Position numbers and translations under genes: made by a program. From Sulfuriferula thiophila (lineage in GTDB: Bacteria > Pseudomonadota > Gammaproteobacteria > Burkholderiales > Sulfuriferulaceae), in contig NZ_BHGL01000028.1 of assembly GCF_003864975.1 (NCBI RefSeq), positions 6,211-38,210 of the forward strand: 32,000 nt of DNA. The letters run 5' to 3'. How positions within the stretch are numbered: position 1 is the stretch's first letter; each line of letters starts with the position of its first letter. Positions 9,877 through 25,925 of the stretch are shown piece after piece. The notes beneath the pieces were generated by a model. It was given only the letters and a program-made list of their open reading frames with translations. It was not told the origin of the DNA and did no database searches.

Positions 9877-10188
9877 ATGTATGCGGTCATAAAAACCGGC
9901 GGCAAGCAGTATCGCGTTATCGCTGGCGAAAAAATTAAAGTAGAACAGATCACCGCGGACGTTGGCAGCGAAATTGTGTTGGACCAAGTGTTTATGGTTG
10001 CCGATGGCGACGATATCAAGGTCGGCGCACCGCTTGTTAACGGCGCAAAGGTCACAGCCACCGTCCTGTCTCACGGTCGTCACGACAAAGTTAAGATCTT
10101 TAAAATGCGTCGTCGCAAGCACTACCAAAAGCATCAAGGGCATCGTCAAAATTACACTGAAATCCAGATCAGCGGCATTTCAGCTTAA
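9877..10188 (+). CDS. rplU: 50S ribosomal protein L21
   Basis: [25 protein letters not shown]...; ATG at 9877 with ggag RBS, rather than the upstream TTG at 9865. Confidence 0.97.
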   Translation: MYAVIKTGGKQYRVIAGEKIKVEQITADVGSEIVLDQVFMVADGDDIKVGAPLVNGAKVTATVLSHGRHDKVKIFKMRRRKHYQKHQGHRQNYTEIQISGISA

Positions 10189-10199
10189 GGAGATAAACC

Positions 10200-11641
<1,442 letters not shown>

Positions 11642-11646
11642 TCCCC

Positions 11647-12771
11647 ATGAAACCGGCCCTGCTCTCAGCGCAACGCATCGTCATCAAAGTAGGCAGCGCG
11701 ATTGTCACCAATGACGGTCGTGGCCTTGATCATACTGCACTGGCAAACTGGTCATCCCAGATAGCCCAGCTGATGGCACTGGGCAAGGAAGTCATTCTGG
11801 TCTCCAGCGGTGCTGTAGCCGAAGGCATGCAACGACTGGGCTGGACGCAACGCCCAAGCAGTATCCATGAGCTGCAAGCCGCCGCCGCAGTTGGCCAGAT
11901 GGGTCTGGTACAGGCCTATGAAACCAGCTTCCGCCAGCATCAAATCCATACCGCACAAGTCCTGCTCACCCACGAAGATCTGGCTGACCGCACCCGTTAC
12001 CTGAATGCGTTATCAACACTGCGCACATTATTGAAGCTGAAAGTCGTACCCATCATCAACGAGAACGACACCGTGGTGACTGACGAGATCCGTTTTGGTG
12101 ATAACGACACGCTGGGTGCGCTGGTCGCCAACCTGATTGAAGCAGATGCGCTGGTCATACTCACTGATCAGGCCGGTTTATATACTGCTGACCCACGCCA
12201 GCATCCAGAAGCAACACTGGTAAGCCAGGCGCAAGCGGGCGATCTCACACTGGAAAAAATGGCAGGTGGAGCGGGTAGCGGCATCAGTCGTGGCGGCATG
12301 CTCACCAAGATACTCGCTGCCAAGCGCGCTGCACGCAGCGGTGCACACACCATTATCGCCTCAGGACGCGAAGCCAATGTGCTGGTGCGACTGGCCCAAG
12401 GCGAAGCCATAGGCACGCAGCTCATCGCCGCCAACACACCATTATCCGCACGCAAAACCTGGCTGGCAGACCATCTGCAAGTGCGCGGCAAGCTGATCGT
12501 TGATGCGGGTGCCGCTAAAGCGCTCAGCATTGACGGCAAAAGCCTGTTACCAATAGGGGTGATTGCAGTTGAGGGGGATTTTGCCCGGGGTGAGGTTGTC
12601 GCCTGCGTCACCGCTGATGGCGCACTCATTGCCCGCGGCCTGGTGAATTATGCCGCCAATGAAGCACGGCGTATCACAGGTTTGCCTACTGGTCAGATTG
12701 AAGCTGCATTGGGTTATATTGATGAAGCGGAATTAATCCATCGGGATAATCTGGTGGCTTTATCTTCCTGA
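11647..12771 (+). CDS. proB: Glutamate 5-kinase with PUA domain
   Basis: [61 protein letters not shown]. Confidence 0.97.
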   Translation: MKPALLSAQRIVIKVGSAIVTNDGRGLDHTALANWSSQIAQLMALGKEVILVSSGAVAEGMQRLGWTQRPSSIHELQAAAAVGQMGLVQAYETSFRQHQIHTAQVLLTHEDLADRTRYLNALSTLRTLLKLKVVPIINENDTVVTDEIRFGDNDTLGALVANLIEADALVILTDQAGLYTADPRQHPEATLVSQAQAGDLTLEKMAGGAGSGISRGGMLTKILAAKRAARSGAHTIIASGREANVLVRLAQGEAIGTQLIAANTPLSARKTWLADHLQVRGKLIVDAGAAKALSIDGKSLLPIGVIAVEGDFARGEVVACVTADGALIARGLVNYAANEARRITGLPTGQIEAALGYIDEAELIHRDNLVALSS

Positions 12772-12788
12772 TTCAGCCGGTATAACGC

Positions 12789-13439
12789 TCAGTTCCCTGC
12801 AATTTTCACACTGCCCGTTTGTTGTACTGTCTGCACACCCGGAGTATATGACCAGTGGCGTTTCCACGCCCCCACTACCATGGTAGGGTATTCCGGCTTG
12901 CCCAGGCTGCCGTTATAACGGCCTAATGCACGATACAGATCGCCCTTTTCTATATCCAGATACAAGCGCAGAATATTGCAGCCATAACGCAGATTAGTAC
13001 GCAGGTGGAATAAATCCTGATCCGGTGTACCAATAGTCTTGGTCCAGAACGGCATTACCTGCATATAGCCGCGCGCAGCCACACTGGAAACCGCATACTT
13101 CTTGAAACCCGACTCGACCTCAATCAGACCCAACACCAATTCCGGATCAAGACCAGCACGTGTCGCCTCATAATGCACTGTATTGAGAAAATCAATACGC
13201 TGCTCCGGGTCGGGCATGCGTTTGGCAAGACGTCTGGACATCTCTGACAACCATGCCTGACCTTCTGCATTGTTCATGTAGCTGACATTCGTCACCGGCG
13301 CATCTGAAACCGCTTTGCTCAACGCCGCGCGCACACTCGCCGCCATCGGCTCATAGAGCTGATGGCCTGCATGCGCGCTGGTGGCCACAGCGCATAACGC
13401 CATTAGCAGCCACCCTGATCTGAGAAAGTGTAGAGTCAT
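12789..13439 (-). CDS. Lytic transglycosylase (SLT domain), secreted
   Basis: Signal peptide [14 protein letters not shown]; [35 protein letters not shown] signature. Confidence 0.92.
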   Translation of the reverse strand: MTLHFLRSGWLLMALCAVATSAHAGHQLYEPMAASVRAALSKAVSDAPVTNVSYMNNAEGQAWLSEMSRRLAKRMPDPEQRIDFLNTVHYEATRAGLDPELVLGLIEVESGFKKYAVSSVAARGYMQVMPFWTKTIGTPDQDLFHLRTNLRYGCNILRLYLDIEKGDLYRALGRYNGSLGKPEYPTMVVGAWKRHWSYTPGVQTVQQTGSVKIAGN

Positions 13440-15136
13440 TTACCTAATATCTTGCTTAAAAAAACGTTAATTTCAGCAACAGGCACATTCGTCGCTGCAG
13501 CGTCAGTGCGACCCTGATATTCGACTATAGCATCTTTTAAACCGCGTTCGCCAATCACCACCCGATGCGGTATACCGATCAACTCCATATCGGCGAACAT
13601 CACCCCAGGGCGTTCATTCCGGTCATCCAGCAACACATCCACCCCTGCGGCTAACAGTTCATTGTATAGGTTATCGGCAGCTTCGCGCACAACTTCACTC
13701 TTCTGGTAGCCAACAGGCACAATAGCCACCGCAAAAGGCGCCAGCGCCGCAGGCAAGGTCATGCCGCGCGCATCAAAATTCTGTTCAATCGCAGCCGCGA
13801 CAATGCGTGACACACCGATACCATAACAACCCATCTCTGCGACCTGAGATTTGCCATTTTCGTCCAGATACTGACACGCCATCGCTTCCGAGTACTTGGT
13901 ACGCAACTGGAAGATATGGCCAACTTCGATACCACGGCAGATCGCCAGCACACCCTTGCCATCCGGGCTCGGATCACCCGCTACCGCATTACGGATATCC
14001 GCCACTTCAGGCTCTGGCAAATCACGACCGAAATTCACTCCGGTCAAATGATAACCATCGGCATTCGCACCGCAGACAAAATCATTCATCAAGGCCACAC
14101 TGCGGTCTGCAATCACCCGTATTTTCAGCCCCACCGGACCAATCGACCCTGGCGCGCAACCCGCCACCTCACGCACGATGATGTCACTGGCAAAACGCAC
14201 TTCCTGACCTATCAATTTAGCCGCTTTGACCTCATTCAGCTGATGATCACCGCGCACCAGCAATGCAACCGCACCATGCTCACCTTCCACAATCAAGGTT
14301 TTGACCATGCGATCGGGAGAAATATTCAACATAGCCACCACTTCATCGATACTGTGTTTGCCCGGTGTAGGCACCTGAGTCATCACCGCACTCGCCGCCG
14401 CTCGTGGCGTATCCGCCATCACCGCTTCAGCCAGCTCCACGTTGGCGGCATATTCGGAATCAGGGCAATACGCAATCGCGTCTTCACCGGAATCCGCCAG
14501 CACATGGAACTCATGCGATCCTGAACCGCCAATCGCACCGGTGTCTGCTGCCACGGCACGGAACTGCAAGCCCAGTCGAGTAAACACACGACTGTAAGCC
14601 GCATACATGGTCTGATACGTCTGCTCCAGACTGGCGAAATCAGCGTGGAAGGAATATGCATCCTTCATCATGAATTCACGGGCACGCATTACGCCGAAAC
14701 GCGGACGGATCTCGTCGCGGAATTTGGTCTGTATCTGATAGAAATTCAGCGGCAGCTGGCGGTAACTCTTGATTTCGCGGCGTGCGATATCGGTGATTAC
14801 TTCTTCATGGGTAGGCCCAAAGCAGAAACTACGCTCATGACGATCAGTGATTTTCAACATTTGCGGGCCGAATACATCCCAGCGCCCGGTTTCCTGCCAC
14901 AACTCGGCTGGCTGCACGGCAGGCATCAGCAATTCCATTGCTCCGGCACGATTCATCTCATCACGCACGATCGCTTCCACCTTGCGCAATACCCGCAAGC
15001 CTAAAGGCATCCAGGTATATAAGCCAGAGCCAAGACGCTTAATAAAACCAGCCCGCAACATGAGACGATGACTGATTAATTCGGCCTCTGCAGGCGCCTC
15101 TTTAAGGGTAGAAAGAAAAAATTGTGATACGCGCAT
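13436..15136 (-). CDS. proS: Prolyl-tRNA synthetase (bacterial type with INS domain)
   Basis: [54 protein letters not shown]; [13 protein letters not shown]. Confidence 0.98.
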   Translation of the reverse strand: MRVSQFFLSTLKEAPAEAELISHRLMLRAGFIKRLGSGLYTWMPLGLRVLRKVEAIVRDEMNRAGAMELLMPAVQPAELWQETGRWDVFGPQMLKITDRHERSFCFGPTHEEVITDIARREIKSYRQLPLNFYQIQTKFRDEIRPRFGVMRAREFMMKDAYSFHADFASLEQTYQTMYAAYSRVFTRLGLQFRAVAADTGAIGGSGSHEFHVLADSGEDAIAYCPDSEYAANVELAEAVMADTPRAAASAVMTQVPTPGKHSIDEVVAMLNISPDRMVKTLIVEGEHGAVALLVRGDHQLNEVKAAKLIGQEVRFASDIIVREVAGCAPGSIGPVGLKIRVIADRSVALMNDFVCGANADGYHLTGVNFGRDLPEPEVADIRNAVAGDPSPDGKGVLAICRGIEVGHIFQLRTKYSEAMACQYLDENGKSQVAEMGCYGIGVSRIVAAAIEQNFDARGMTLPAALAPFAVAIVPVGYQKSEVVREAADNLYNELLAAGVDVLLDDRNERPGVMFADMELIGIPHRVVIGERGLKDAIVEYQGRTDAAATNVPVAEINVFLSKILGK

Positions 15137-15225
15137 GGTATAAACTATCCAGTTATTCGTAAAATAGCTAATTTTAACCCAGAAACCGCGATTAAACTTG
15201 GCGGATTCAACATGAAAGCACCCTG

Positions 15226-16002
15226 ATGCGATTTTTCAACCGCCGCATACATAAAGCCGTTTCTGATCTGGACACCGTAGAAGTCAGTGAACAAAAAGGC
15301 GTCCGCTACCTGCACCTTGGCAACGATACCGTCCAGTCAGCCATGCGCATTTCCGCACCCAATGCGCTGGAGCTTACTTATACCCAGGCCATGCTGGGAT
15401 TCCTGTTGCTGACCGACACACCCGCCAATGCCCTGCTGATCGGGCTGGGTGGCGGCTCGCTGACCAAATTTCTGTATCACCAGTATCCAGACATGCAACT
15501 CACCGCTGTCGAGATCAATCCTAAGGTTATCCAGACCGCACGCCAGTTTTTTTCCGTCCCGGAAAATGACGAACGCTTATCCGTAGTGCAAGCCGATGCC
15601 GCCGAATTCATGGTCGATCAGGCAGGCTGGGATTGCATTTTGCTCGATGGTTTTGATGCCGCATTTCAGGTTGAGGCGCTCGCCAGCGAGAGTTTCTATA
15701 GCCGCTGCGCGCAGGCACTTTCCCCCACTGGGATCCTGTCTGTCAATTTATGGGGCAGCGATCCTAAATTCGATATCTACCTGCAACGCCTCACCGAAAC
15801 GTTTGAGCAGCGCATCATGTGCTTACCGGCCGAAAAACGCGGCAACGTCATTGTCTTCGCTTTTGCCGCGCAACCAAGCATTCCATCCAGGGCCATCCTG
15901 CAACAGCGTGCCAAACAGCTCAAAGCCCAGTTAGGTTTGCCTTTTGTGGACTTTCTTGAACGCCTGCGGACCACTTCCGGCAATACTGACTTCTTCGACT
16001 AG
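15226..16002 (+). CDS. Spermidine synthase-like (PABS-type) SAM-dependent methyltransferase-fold protein
   Basis: Rossmann motif [41 protein letters not shown] and [21 protein letters not shown]. Confidence 0.75.
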   Translation: MRFFNRRIHKAVSDLDTVEVSEQKGVRYLHLGNDTVQSAMRISAPNALELTYTQAMLGFLLLTDTPANALLIGLGGGSLTKFLYHQYPDMQLTAVEINPKVIQTARQFFSVPENDERLSVVQADAAEFMVDQAGWDCILLDGFDAAFQVEALASESFYSRCAQALSPTGILSVNLWGSDPKFDIYLQRLTETFEQRIMCLPAEKRGNVIVFAFAAQPSIPSRAILQQRAKQLKAQLGLPFVDFLERLRTTSGNTDFFD

Positions 16003-16080
16003 ACACTTATGCAGCAAAACTCCAACAATACTGCGCCAAATTCTGCTATATTCGCGCGATAATAAATTACAGGAGGTAAC

Positions 16081-16476
16081 ATGGAAGATTTATTCTCTGA
16101 AGCTTGGGCTAAGCGTTTCACAAACAAATGGAACAACAATACCGAGATAGTGGAACAATTAGCCGCAGCGAATTTCGACTCAGTCGTGGCCTTTGGGTAC
16201 CTGGATCACCCAACACCCGAAGTACTGATAGAAATCACTCAGGGCCGTATTACCAATACCCGACGTTGTGAATCTGACAACAGTCAGACACCCGATTGGG
16301 ACTTGCGTGCGAAACCAGAGCAATGGGAAAAGTGGCGTGGCAATGGTCCTGGCATTACCGGCCTGGGTGTAGCCGTAACCAGTCGCCAACTGCAATTTGT
16401 TGCCGGAGATTATCGCCGGATGATACGCCAGCCCTTGCTGGCAGGGCCTTTTCTCAAGTTTTTTACTTTCCTGTAA
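16081..16476 (+). CDS. Small protein, possibly SCP2 sterol-binding-like
   Basis: Strong RBS aggaggtaac-ATG; 131 aa including TPEVLIEITQGRITNTRRC..PDWDLRAKPEQWEKW, resembling proteobacterial SCP2-like small proteins from memory; not verified. Confidence 0.6.
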   Translation: MEDLFSEAWAKRFTNKWNNNTEIVEQLAAANFDSVVAFGYLDHPTPEVLIEITQGRITNTRRCESDNSQTPDWDLRAKPEQWEKWRGNGPGITGLGVAVTSRQLQFVAGDYRRMIRQPLLAGPFLKFFTFL

Positions 16477-17079
16477 TTCTGCACATTAAATACAGGAATT
16501 TGGTTAAACAAAGCTACTCATGTTCAATATTTGAAGAATGTGCATTCCGACTTGTGACCATTTTCAAAATTATTTTCTTTGAAATTTGATAAATAGCGTT
16601 TTCTTGGAACTATAGTGCCTCTCCATAGCTGTTTATCTTGGAAAAATGAAAATGGCAACAACTCAGACACAAAAAATCAACCATTGACGATCTTTACTGT
16701 GACATTTTGCACCTAAACAAAATACATTGTCCTCCGACTCGCCGCCCCGTTCTGCAAATTTGCATTACGTCAGACTGAATTCGACCCCATTTCCCCATCG
16801 ACATCATATTTGTGGACAGTTTTCGCAAAGCATTCAGATTGCCGAGCAATGCTAACGCTTAATTCACCTTTCACCACTTAAAAACACAAGACAGTTAACT
16901 AGAAATTTGCTGTGATGGTCATTCCTATACGAATTATCAATTACGCACCTCAATATACACGGCATTCATCAAATATCTGTTGTTGTCATTTCCGTGTAAT
17001 AAACCTCAGTTACTATAACCCATCAATTTAATTTTGTAATCGAAGAGCAACCTTGATCACAAACAGTAAGGATGAGGCC

Positions 17080-17868
17080 ATGATTAAACTTAATAATGTT
17101 TCAGTGCAGTTCGGCAATGTTGTTGCGCTACAACCTACGTCCATCGAATTGCATCAAGGACAATTTACCGTCTTACTGGGGGCATCCGGTGCAGGTAAAT
17201 CAACTTTGCTACGCTGCCTTAATTTGATGTGTAAACCCCATGCTGGCAACGTTAATGTCGCAGGTCTTGGCAATCTTGATGACCGAAAGACCTTGCAGAC
17301 CCACCGTCGTCAAACTGGCATGATATTCCAGCAACACCAATTGATCGGTCGTCACACAGCGCTCCAAAACGTGCTGATGGGACGCTTAGGTTATCACTCA
17401 ACGTTCCGTAGCCTGTTTCCGTTGTCTCATAAAGAGCAAACCATTGGGCTACAAAGTTTGGAACGGGTTGGTTTGCTGCATAAAGCGCAATCACGCATTG
17501 ATCAACTGAGCGGTGGTCAACAGCAGCGTGTCGGCATTGCACGAGCCCTGGCGCAACAGCCACTTTTGATCTTAGCCGATGAACCTGTTGCAAGTCTCGA
17601 TCCTGCAACCGCTGATAAAGTTTTGGCGTTGTTACATCAGATTTGTAAGGAAGACGGCATATCTGCCGTCATCAGTCTGCATCAGGTTGATCTTGCTAAA
17701 CGCTATGCAGATCGAATTATTGGCTTAGCTCACGGCAGTATCGTGTTTGATGCGGCACCGCATGAATTGACCACGACTCATGCGGCTGAACTGTACGAAC
17801 AAAAAAAATCAATTGTTACGTCACATGCTGTACCAACCAGACTCAACGTTCAACTTACTTCCGCTTAA
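17080..17868 (+). CDS. ptxA: Phosphite/phosphonate ABC transporter ATP-binding protein
   Basis: [30 protein letters not shown] (Walker A), [29 protein letters not shown]; PhnC family. Upstream TTG at 17053 is an alternative start. Confidence 0.9.
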   Translation: MIKLNNVSVQFGNVVALQPTSIELHQGQFTVLLGASGAGKSTLLRCLNLMCKPHAGNVNVAGLGNLDDRKTLQTHRRQTGMIFQQHQLIGRHTALQNVLMGRLGYHSTFRSLFPLSHKEQTIGLQSLERVGLLHKAQSRIDQLSGGQQQRVGIARALAQQPLLILADEPVASLDPATADKVLALLHQICKEDGISAVISLHQVDLAKRYADRIIGLAHGSIVFDAAPHELTTTHAAELYEQKKSIVTSHAVPTRLNVQLTSA

Positions 17869-17875
17869 TCTTTAA

Positions 17876-18754
<879 letters not shown>

Positions 18755-18772
18755 CTATTGGGGTACATATCC

Positions 18773-19570
18773 ATGCAAGCTGATTTTGATTTGATATTAA
18801 CACAGCAACAACGCACTTGGAACCGATCAACAATACAGATTGCGTGGGTATTAGCGATTATCATTGGCTCTTGGTACTACGTGGGCTTATTTGATACAGA
18901 GCGTTTGAGCGAGGGTGTACCGAGTTTGTTCAGTCTGATTGGAGAAATGATGCCACCAGATTTTACTCAGGTCAGCACCTGGGTAAAACCACTGATCGAC
19001 ACTTTGGCCATGAGTATTGCAGGGACAGCTATTGCGGTGTTGTTTTCGATTCCTTTAGGTATTTTAGCAGCCCGTAATACTAGCCCACATCCAGTTATTT
19101 ATCATATGGCGCGTTCGTTGTTGAATGGCTTACGCTCGATTCCCGAACTTATCATGGGGATTATATTTGTGGCAGCAGTTGGTTTTGGAGCTCTGCCTGG
19201 TGTATTGGCATTGGGTTTACATTCCATCGGCATGGTTGCCAAATTTTTTTCCGAAGCGATTGAACACGCCGATCAAGCGCCAGTAGAAGCTGCGCGAGCA
19301 GCTGGTTGCAGCCCGTTGCAAGTAATTTTTCACGGCATTTTCCCGCAGGTGTTGCCGCAAATGGCAGATACGGCTATTTATCGTTGGGAATATAACTTTC
19401 GCGCATCAACAGTGATGGGTATGGTCGGTGCAGGCGGTATCGGATTTGAATTGATGGGTTCTTTGCGCATCATGCAATATCAAGAAGTATCGGCGATTTT
19501 AATCGTTATATTAGCCATGGTTACGCTGGTTGATGCATTCAGCTCCTTTTTAAGACGAAAATTCAAGTAA
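18773..19570 (+). CDS. ptxC: Phosphite/phosphonate ABC transporter permease (PhnE family)
   Basis: TM protein with [29 protein letters not shown] and [25 protein letters not shown] (EAA loop), [24 protein letters not shown]. Confidence 0.9.
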   Translation: MQADFDLILTQQQRTWNRSTIQIAWVLAIIIGSWYYVGLFDTERLSEGVPSLFSLIGEMMPPDFTQVSTWVKPLIDTLAMSIAGTAIAVLFSIPLGILAARNTSPHPVIYHMARSLLNGLRSIPELIMGIIFVAAVGFGALPGVLALGLHSIGMVAKFFSEAIEHADQAPVEAARAAGCSPLQVIFHGIFPQVLPQMADTAIYRWEYNFRASTVMGMVGAGGIGFELMGSLRIMQYQEVSAILIVILAMVTLVDAFSSFLRRKFK

Positions 19571-19602
19571 TCGACATAATAACCAATAGCATTGGAAAAT
19601 AT

Positions 19603-20607
19603 ATGAAACCAAAAATTGTACTTACTCATTGGGTCCACCCCGAAATCATCGACTATCTGCAAACCACCGCAACTGTTATACCAAATACTACGCGCGAGAC
19701 ACTTCCGCGCGAAGAATTACTGTTGCGCTCCAAGGATGCTGACGCGCTGATGGTGTTCATGCCTGACAGAATTGATGCCGATTTTCTTGATGCTTGCCCA
19801 CAACTAAAAATTATTGGTGCTGCGCTCAAGGGTTATGATAATTTAGACGTCGAAGCATGTACCCAACGTGGAATATGGCTCAGCATCGTACCTGATTTAC
19901 TTACTATCCCAACTGCGGAATTGACGATTGGCTTGTTGTTGGGTTTGACAAGACATATGCTGGAGGGTGATCGTCACATCCGTAGTGGCAGTTTCCATGG
20001 TTGGCGTCCAGAATTGTACGGCATCGGGCTGACAGGTCGTACAATTGGCATTATCGGTATGGGTGCAGTGGGGCAAGCGATTGCAAAACGGCTGTCGGGT
20101 TTTGATATGAAAATAGTTTACAGTGACAACATCGCATTGCCTGTTAATCAGGAACAAGCATGGAATGCTCGTCACGTAAGTCTGGAAGAGCTGTTGGCTA
20201 TTAGCAACTTTGTAGTACCGATGGTACCAATGACACCACAAACGCTACACTTAATTAACGCCGATGCCATCGATAAAATGCAGCCTGGCAGCTATCTCAT
20301 TAATGCCTGCCGTGGTTCGGTGGTTGATGAGCAAGCTGTCATAAATGCATTGCACACAGGGCAACTAAACGGTTATGCAGCCGATGTATTCGAGATGGAG
20401 GAATGGTCTCGATCTGGCAGACCAGGCAGTATTCCGAGTGCCTTACTTGACAATACCAAGCAGACTTTTTTCACGCCTCACATAGGCTCGGCGGTCAACG
20501 AGGTACGAATAGAGATCGAGCGGCAAGCGGCGGAAAATATCATCCAGGCACTGGCAGGAGAAAAACCCGTTGGTGCAATCAACAGCCCTGCATTTTCGAG
20601 GGTATAA
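19603..20607 (+). CDS. ptxD: NAD-dependent phosphite dehydrogenase
   Basis: Strong resemblance to Pseudomonas stutzeri WM88 PtxD as recalled: [141 protein letters not shown]. Confidence 0.93.
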   Translation: MKPKIVLTHWVHPEIIDYLQTTATVIPNTTRETLPREELLLRSKDADALMVFMPDRIDADFLDACPQLKIIGAALKGYDNLDVEACTQRGIWLSIVPDLLTIPTAELTIGLLLGLTRHMLEGDRHIRSGSFHGWRPELYGIGLTGRTIGIIGMGAVGQAIAKRLSGFDMKIVYSDNIALPVNQEQAWNARHVSLEELLAISNFVVPMVPMTPQTLHLINADAIDKMQPGSYLINACRGSVVDEQAVINALHTGQLNGYAADVFEMEEWSRSGRPGSIPSALLDNTKQTFFTPHIGSAVNEVRIEIERQAAENIIQALAGEKPVGAINSPAFSRV

Positions 20608-20612
20608 GCCTC

Positions 20613-21485
20613 ATGATTAATTTGGAACGCGTTGCAACTTTTCTTGAGGTAGCGGCATGCGGCAGCTTTCGTGGTGCGGCCAAAAATACAGGCTTATCTC
20701 AACCAGCAGTAACACAGCATGTGAAATGGCTTGAACAGTCGTTAAATGTTAATTTAATAGCACGTAACAATGCGGGAAGCACATTAACACCAGAAGGCCG
20801 AGCATTCCTGCCGTATGCCGAAAATCTAGTAAAAATAAGCAATCGTGCAAGCTCTTTATTTAAAAAAAACTCAGTTGTTATTGGAGCAAGTTCAAATACC
20901 GGAATTTATCTGTTACAGCCGTATTTGAAAGCTTATAAGGATGCATCGCCACATAATCTGAAAGTGACTATTGGGATCAATACTGTCATCGCCGATAAGC
21001 TTCAAAACTTTGAAATCGATGTCGCTATCATGGAATGGTGGGATAATAGACCAGGATTTATCGCTACAGACTGGCGCCATGAAGAAATGGTTGTGATCGT
21101 GCCCCCACACCATCCCTGGGCTAATATGAGCAGCATTCCGCGTGACTGGTTAAAGGGTCAGGATTTACTGGGAGGGGAAACTGGTAGCGGAACGGGACAC
21201 TTGCTACAACACTATTTTGGCAATGATGCGAGTACGATAAGTGTATCGATGCAGCTGGGTAGTACTGAAGCAGTAAAACATGCCGTTCAAGCCGGGCTCG
21301 GCATTTCCCTAGTTATGGCAGCAGCTGTAATCAATGAGGTTCGCAGCGGGTTATTGTATGCAATACCGATTGCAGGAGATCCACTACAAAAAACTCTTCA
21401 TATCATTCGTAGAGATAGTGGCATACTTGATTCGCCAGCCTTGCAATTCACTGATTTTCTGCTCAAACAGTCCTCATTGAAATAG
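20613..21485 (+). CDS. ptxE: LysR-family transcriptional regulator of the phosphite cluster
   Basis: N-terminal LysR HTH: LERVATFLEVAACGSFRGAAKNTGLSQPAVTQHVKWLEQSLNVNLIARN; position after ptxD matches ptxABCDE order. Confidence 0.85.
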   Translation: MINLERVATFLEVAACGSFRGAAKNTGLSQPAVTQHVKWLEQSLNVNLIARNNAGSTLTPEGRAFLPYAENLVKISNRASSLFKKNSVVIGASSNTGIYLLQPYLKAYKDASPHNLKVTIGINTVIADKLQNFEIDVAIMEWWDNRPGFIATDWRHEEMVVIVPPHHPWANMSSIPRDWLKGQDLLGGETGSGTGHLLQHYFGNDASTISVSMQLGSTEAVKHAVQAGLGISLVMAAAVINEVRSGLLYAIPIAGDPLQKTLHIIRRDSGILDSPALQFTDFLLKQSSLK

Positions 21486-21624
21486 CGATAACAAGGCAGA
21501 TTTAAAGACAAGATTTGCTAGTAGCGCATCGTCCAGGTTAGCTATTCACAGAGTTTTTTGGCGACAACAGCGTACAACTGTAAACGAAATTAACGGGTAA
21601 CTCTTGGATGGGTAACAAACATAC

Positions 21625-21688
21625 GGGCTGACCTTTAGTGGTTATACCTGGCACAGGATATAGCCACTAGGCCAGCCCATTTCTTTTT
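21625..21688 (+). terminator. Large imperfect hairpin followed by a T-rich tract, downstream of ptxE
   Basis: gggctgacctttagtggttata ... tatagccactaggccagccc then atttcttttt. Confidence 0.65.
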
Positions 21689-21759
21689 AATTCAGTGTTA
21701 TCGCTTAAACAACAAGTGCTATTCAACTCTATCGCGATAGTTTTGCACTGAACTCGAAA

Positions 21760-22650
21760 TCACGCTTTCTTTTTAGCAGCAATCATCTGCTCAATCATAG
21801 GTCCCAGAATCAATTCCATTGCATAGCCCATTTTCGCACCTGGCACAACCAGCGTGTTCGAACGTGACATGAATGAATTAGGGATCATATTGATCAAGTA
21901 TGGGAAATCGACACCCTTGCGATCGCTAAAGCGCACAATGACCAAGCTCTCATCCGGCGTAGGAATATCACGCGAAATAAATGGATTTGAGGTATCCACG
22001 GTCGGCACGCGCTGGAAGTTCACGTGGGTACGTGAAAATTGCGGGGTGATGTAATTTACATAATCAGGCATGCGGCGCATGATGGTATCAACAATGACAT
22101 CGGCAGAATAACCACGCTCTGCTGCATCACGATGTATCTTCTGGATCCATTCCAGGTTCACTACCGGCACCACGCCAACACCCAGATCAACGTGCTTGGC
22201 AACATCAACTTTGCCGTCCACAACCAAACCATGCAAACCTTCATAGAACAGCAAATCGGTATCCGCTGGCACGTCTTCCCAAGGCGTAAACTCGCCTGCG
22301 CTCAGCTTGGTATTTAACCGCTTGTTATGAAACGCCGCTTCTTCATCGCTATGGATGTAATAACGCTTCTTACCCTTACCATCCTTGCCGTAGCTTTTGA
22401 ACAACGCTTCCAGCTTGTCAAAATGGTTGGCATTAGGACCAAAATGGCTGAAATGGTTATTGCCCTCAGCAGTCGCTTTGGCCATTTCCGATTTGAATTC
22501 GGTACGCGACAAGCTATGAAAGCTATCGCCTTCGATCACGGCCGCGCTGATGTTTTCACGACGGAAAATGTGCTCAAAAGCACGTTTAACGGTCGTTGTG
22601 CCTGCGCCGGAAGAACCGGTTACAGCAATCACAGGATGTTTTTTGGACAT
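21760..22650 (-). CDS. prkB: Phosphoribulokinase, proteobacterial class I type
   Basis: MSKKHPVIAVTGSSGAGTTTVKRAFEHIFRRENISAAVIEGDSFH; LLFYEGLHGLVVDGKVDVAKHVDLGVGVVPVVNLEWIQKIHRD; QFSRTHVNFQRVPTVDTSNPF. Confidence 0.93.
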   Translation of the reverse strand: MSKKHPVIAVTGSSGAGTTTVKRAFEHIFRRENISAAVIEGDSFHSLSRTEFKSEMAKATAEGNNHFSHFGPNANHFDKLEALFKSYGKDGKGKKRYYIHSDEEAAFHNKRLNTKLSAGEFTPWEDVPADTDLLFYEGLHGLVVDGKVDVAKHVDLGVGVVPVVNLEWIQKIHRDAAERGYSADVIVDTIMRRMPDYVNYITPQFSRTHVNFQRVPTVDTSNPFISRDIPTPDESLVIVRFSDRKGVDFPYLINMIPNSFMSRSNTLVVPGAKMGYAMELILGPMIEQMIAAKKKA

Positions 22651-22762
22651 AAGGACTCCAGTTGAAATATAAAAAAATATCAGTTATTTTCACAGTATAA
22701 CTTTTAAGCCGTCCCGCTGTCCACGCGCAAGCATGTTCGCGGGGTATAATATGCCACTTTAG

Positions 22763-25390
<2,628 letters not shown>

Positions 25391-25421
25391 TGGTTTTTAA
25401 CCCATCCAACAGGTAATCAAG

Positions 25422-25919
25422 ATGAAAATCCCTATGAAATTCTGGCTTGCAGTTACGCTAATCATGAGTGTTTTTACTGCTGGATGCGGTTTTCACCTGC
25501 GCGGTCAGGTCGATATCCCCTATACCTCGCTGTATGTTGATGGCAACCCTGGCTCACCGCTGGTGACCAACCTGCAACGCATCATCCGCGCAGGCGGTCA
25601 CAATGACAGGCTGGCGAAAACCAGCGACACAGCCGAGCGCACCATACAGATCATGTCTGAAGTCAGCAGCAAAATCATCCTGTCGCTGTCCGGTGCCGGT
25701 CGCGTACGTGAATACCAGCTGCAATACCGCGTCAAATATCGCCTGCTCGCCCCCAAAGGCAAAGAGATACTGATGCCAGCCGAAATCGTATTAAGCCGCG
25801 ACATGAGCTATAACGACACGCTGGTGCTGGCAAAAGGGGATGAAGAACAATTACTCTACCGCGATATGCAGACCGATGCTGCGCAACAGATACTGCGCCG
25901 TATTGCCCTGCTGCATTAA
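25422..25919 (+). CDS. lptE: LPS-assembly lipoprotein LptE
   Basis: Lipoprotein signal with TAGCGFHLRGQVDIPYTSLYV; syntenic between leuS and holA. Confidence 0.92.
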   Translation: MKIPMKFWLAVTLIMSVFTAGCGFHLRGQVDIPYTSLYVDGNPGSPLVTNLQRIIRAGGHNDRLAKTSDTAERTIQIMSEVSSKIILSLSGAGRVREYQLQYRVKYRLLAPKGKEILMPAEIVLSRDMSYNDTLVLAKGDEEQLLYRDMQTDAAQQILRRIALLH

Positions 25920-25925
25920 TAAAGC

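Noticed and set aside
16890-16925. Possible Pho box-like half sites (gacagttaac...gctgtgatggtcat) upstream of ptxA
   Set aside because: No pair of CTGTCAT-like repeats with correct 11-bp periodicity; too weak to annotate.
19603-20607. Alternative call of generic D-3-phosphoglycerate dehydrogenase/hydroxyacid dehydrogenase
   Set aside because: PtxD-specific stretches ([43 protein letters not shown]) and the ptxABC/LysR context favour PtxD.
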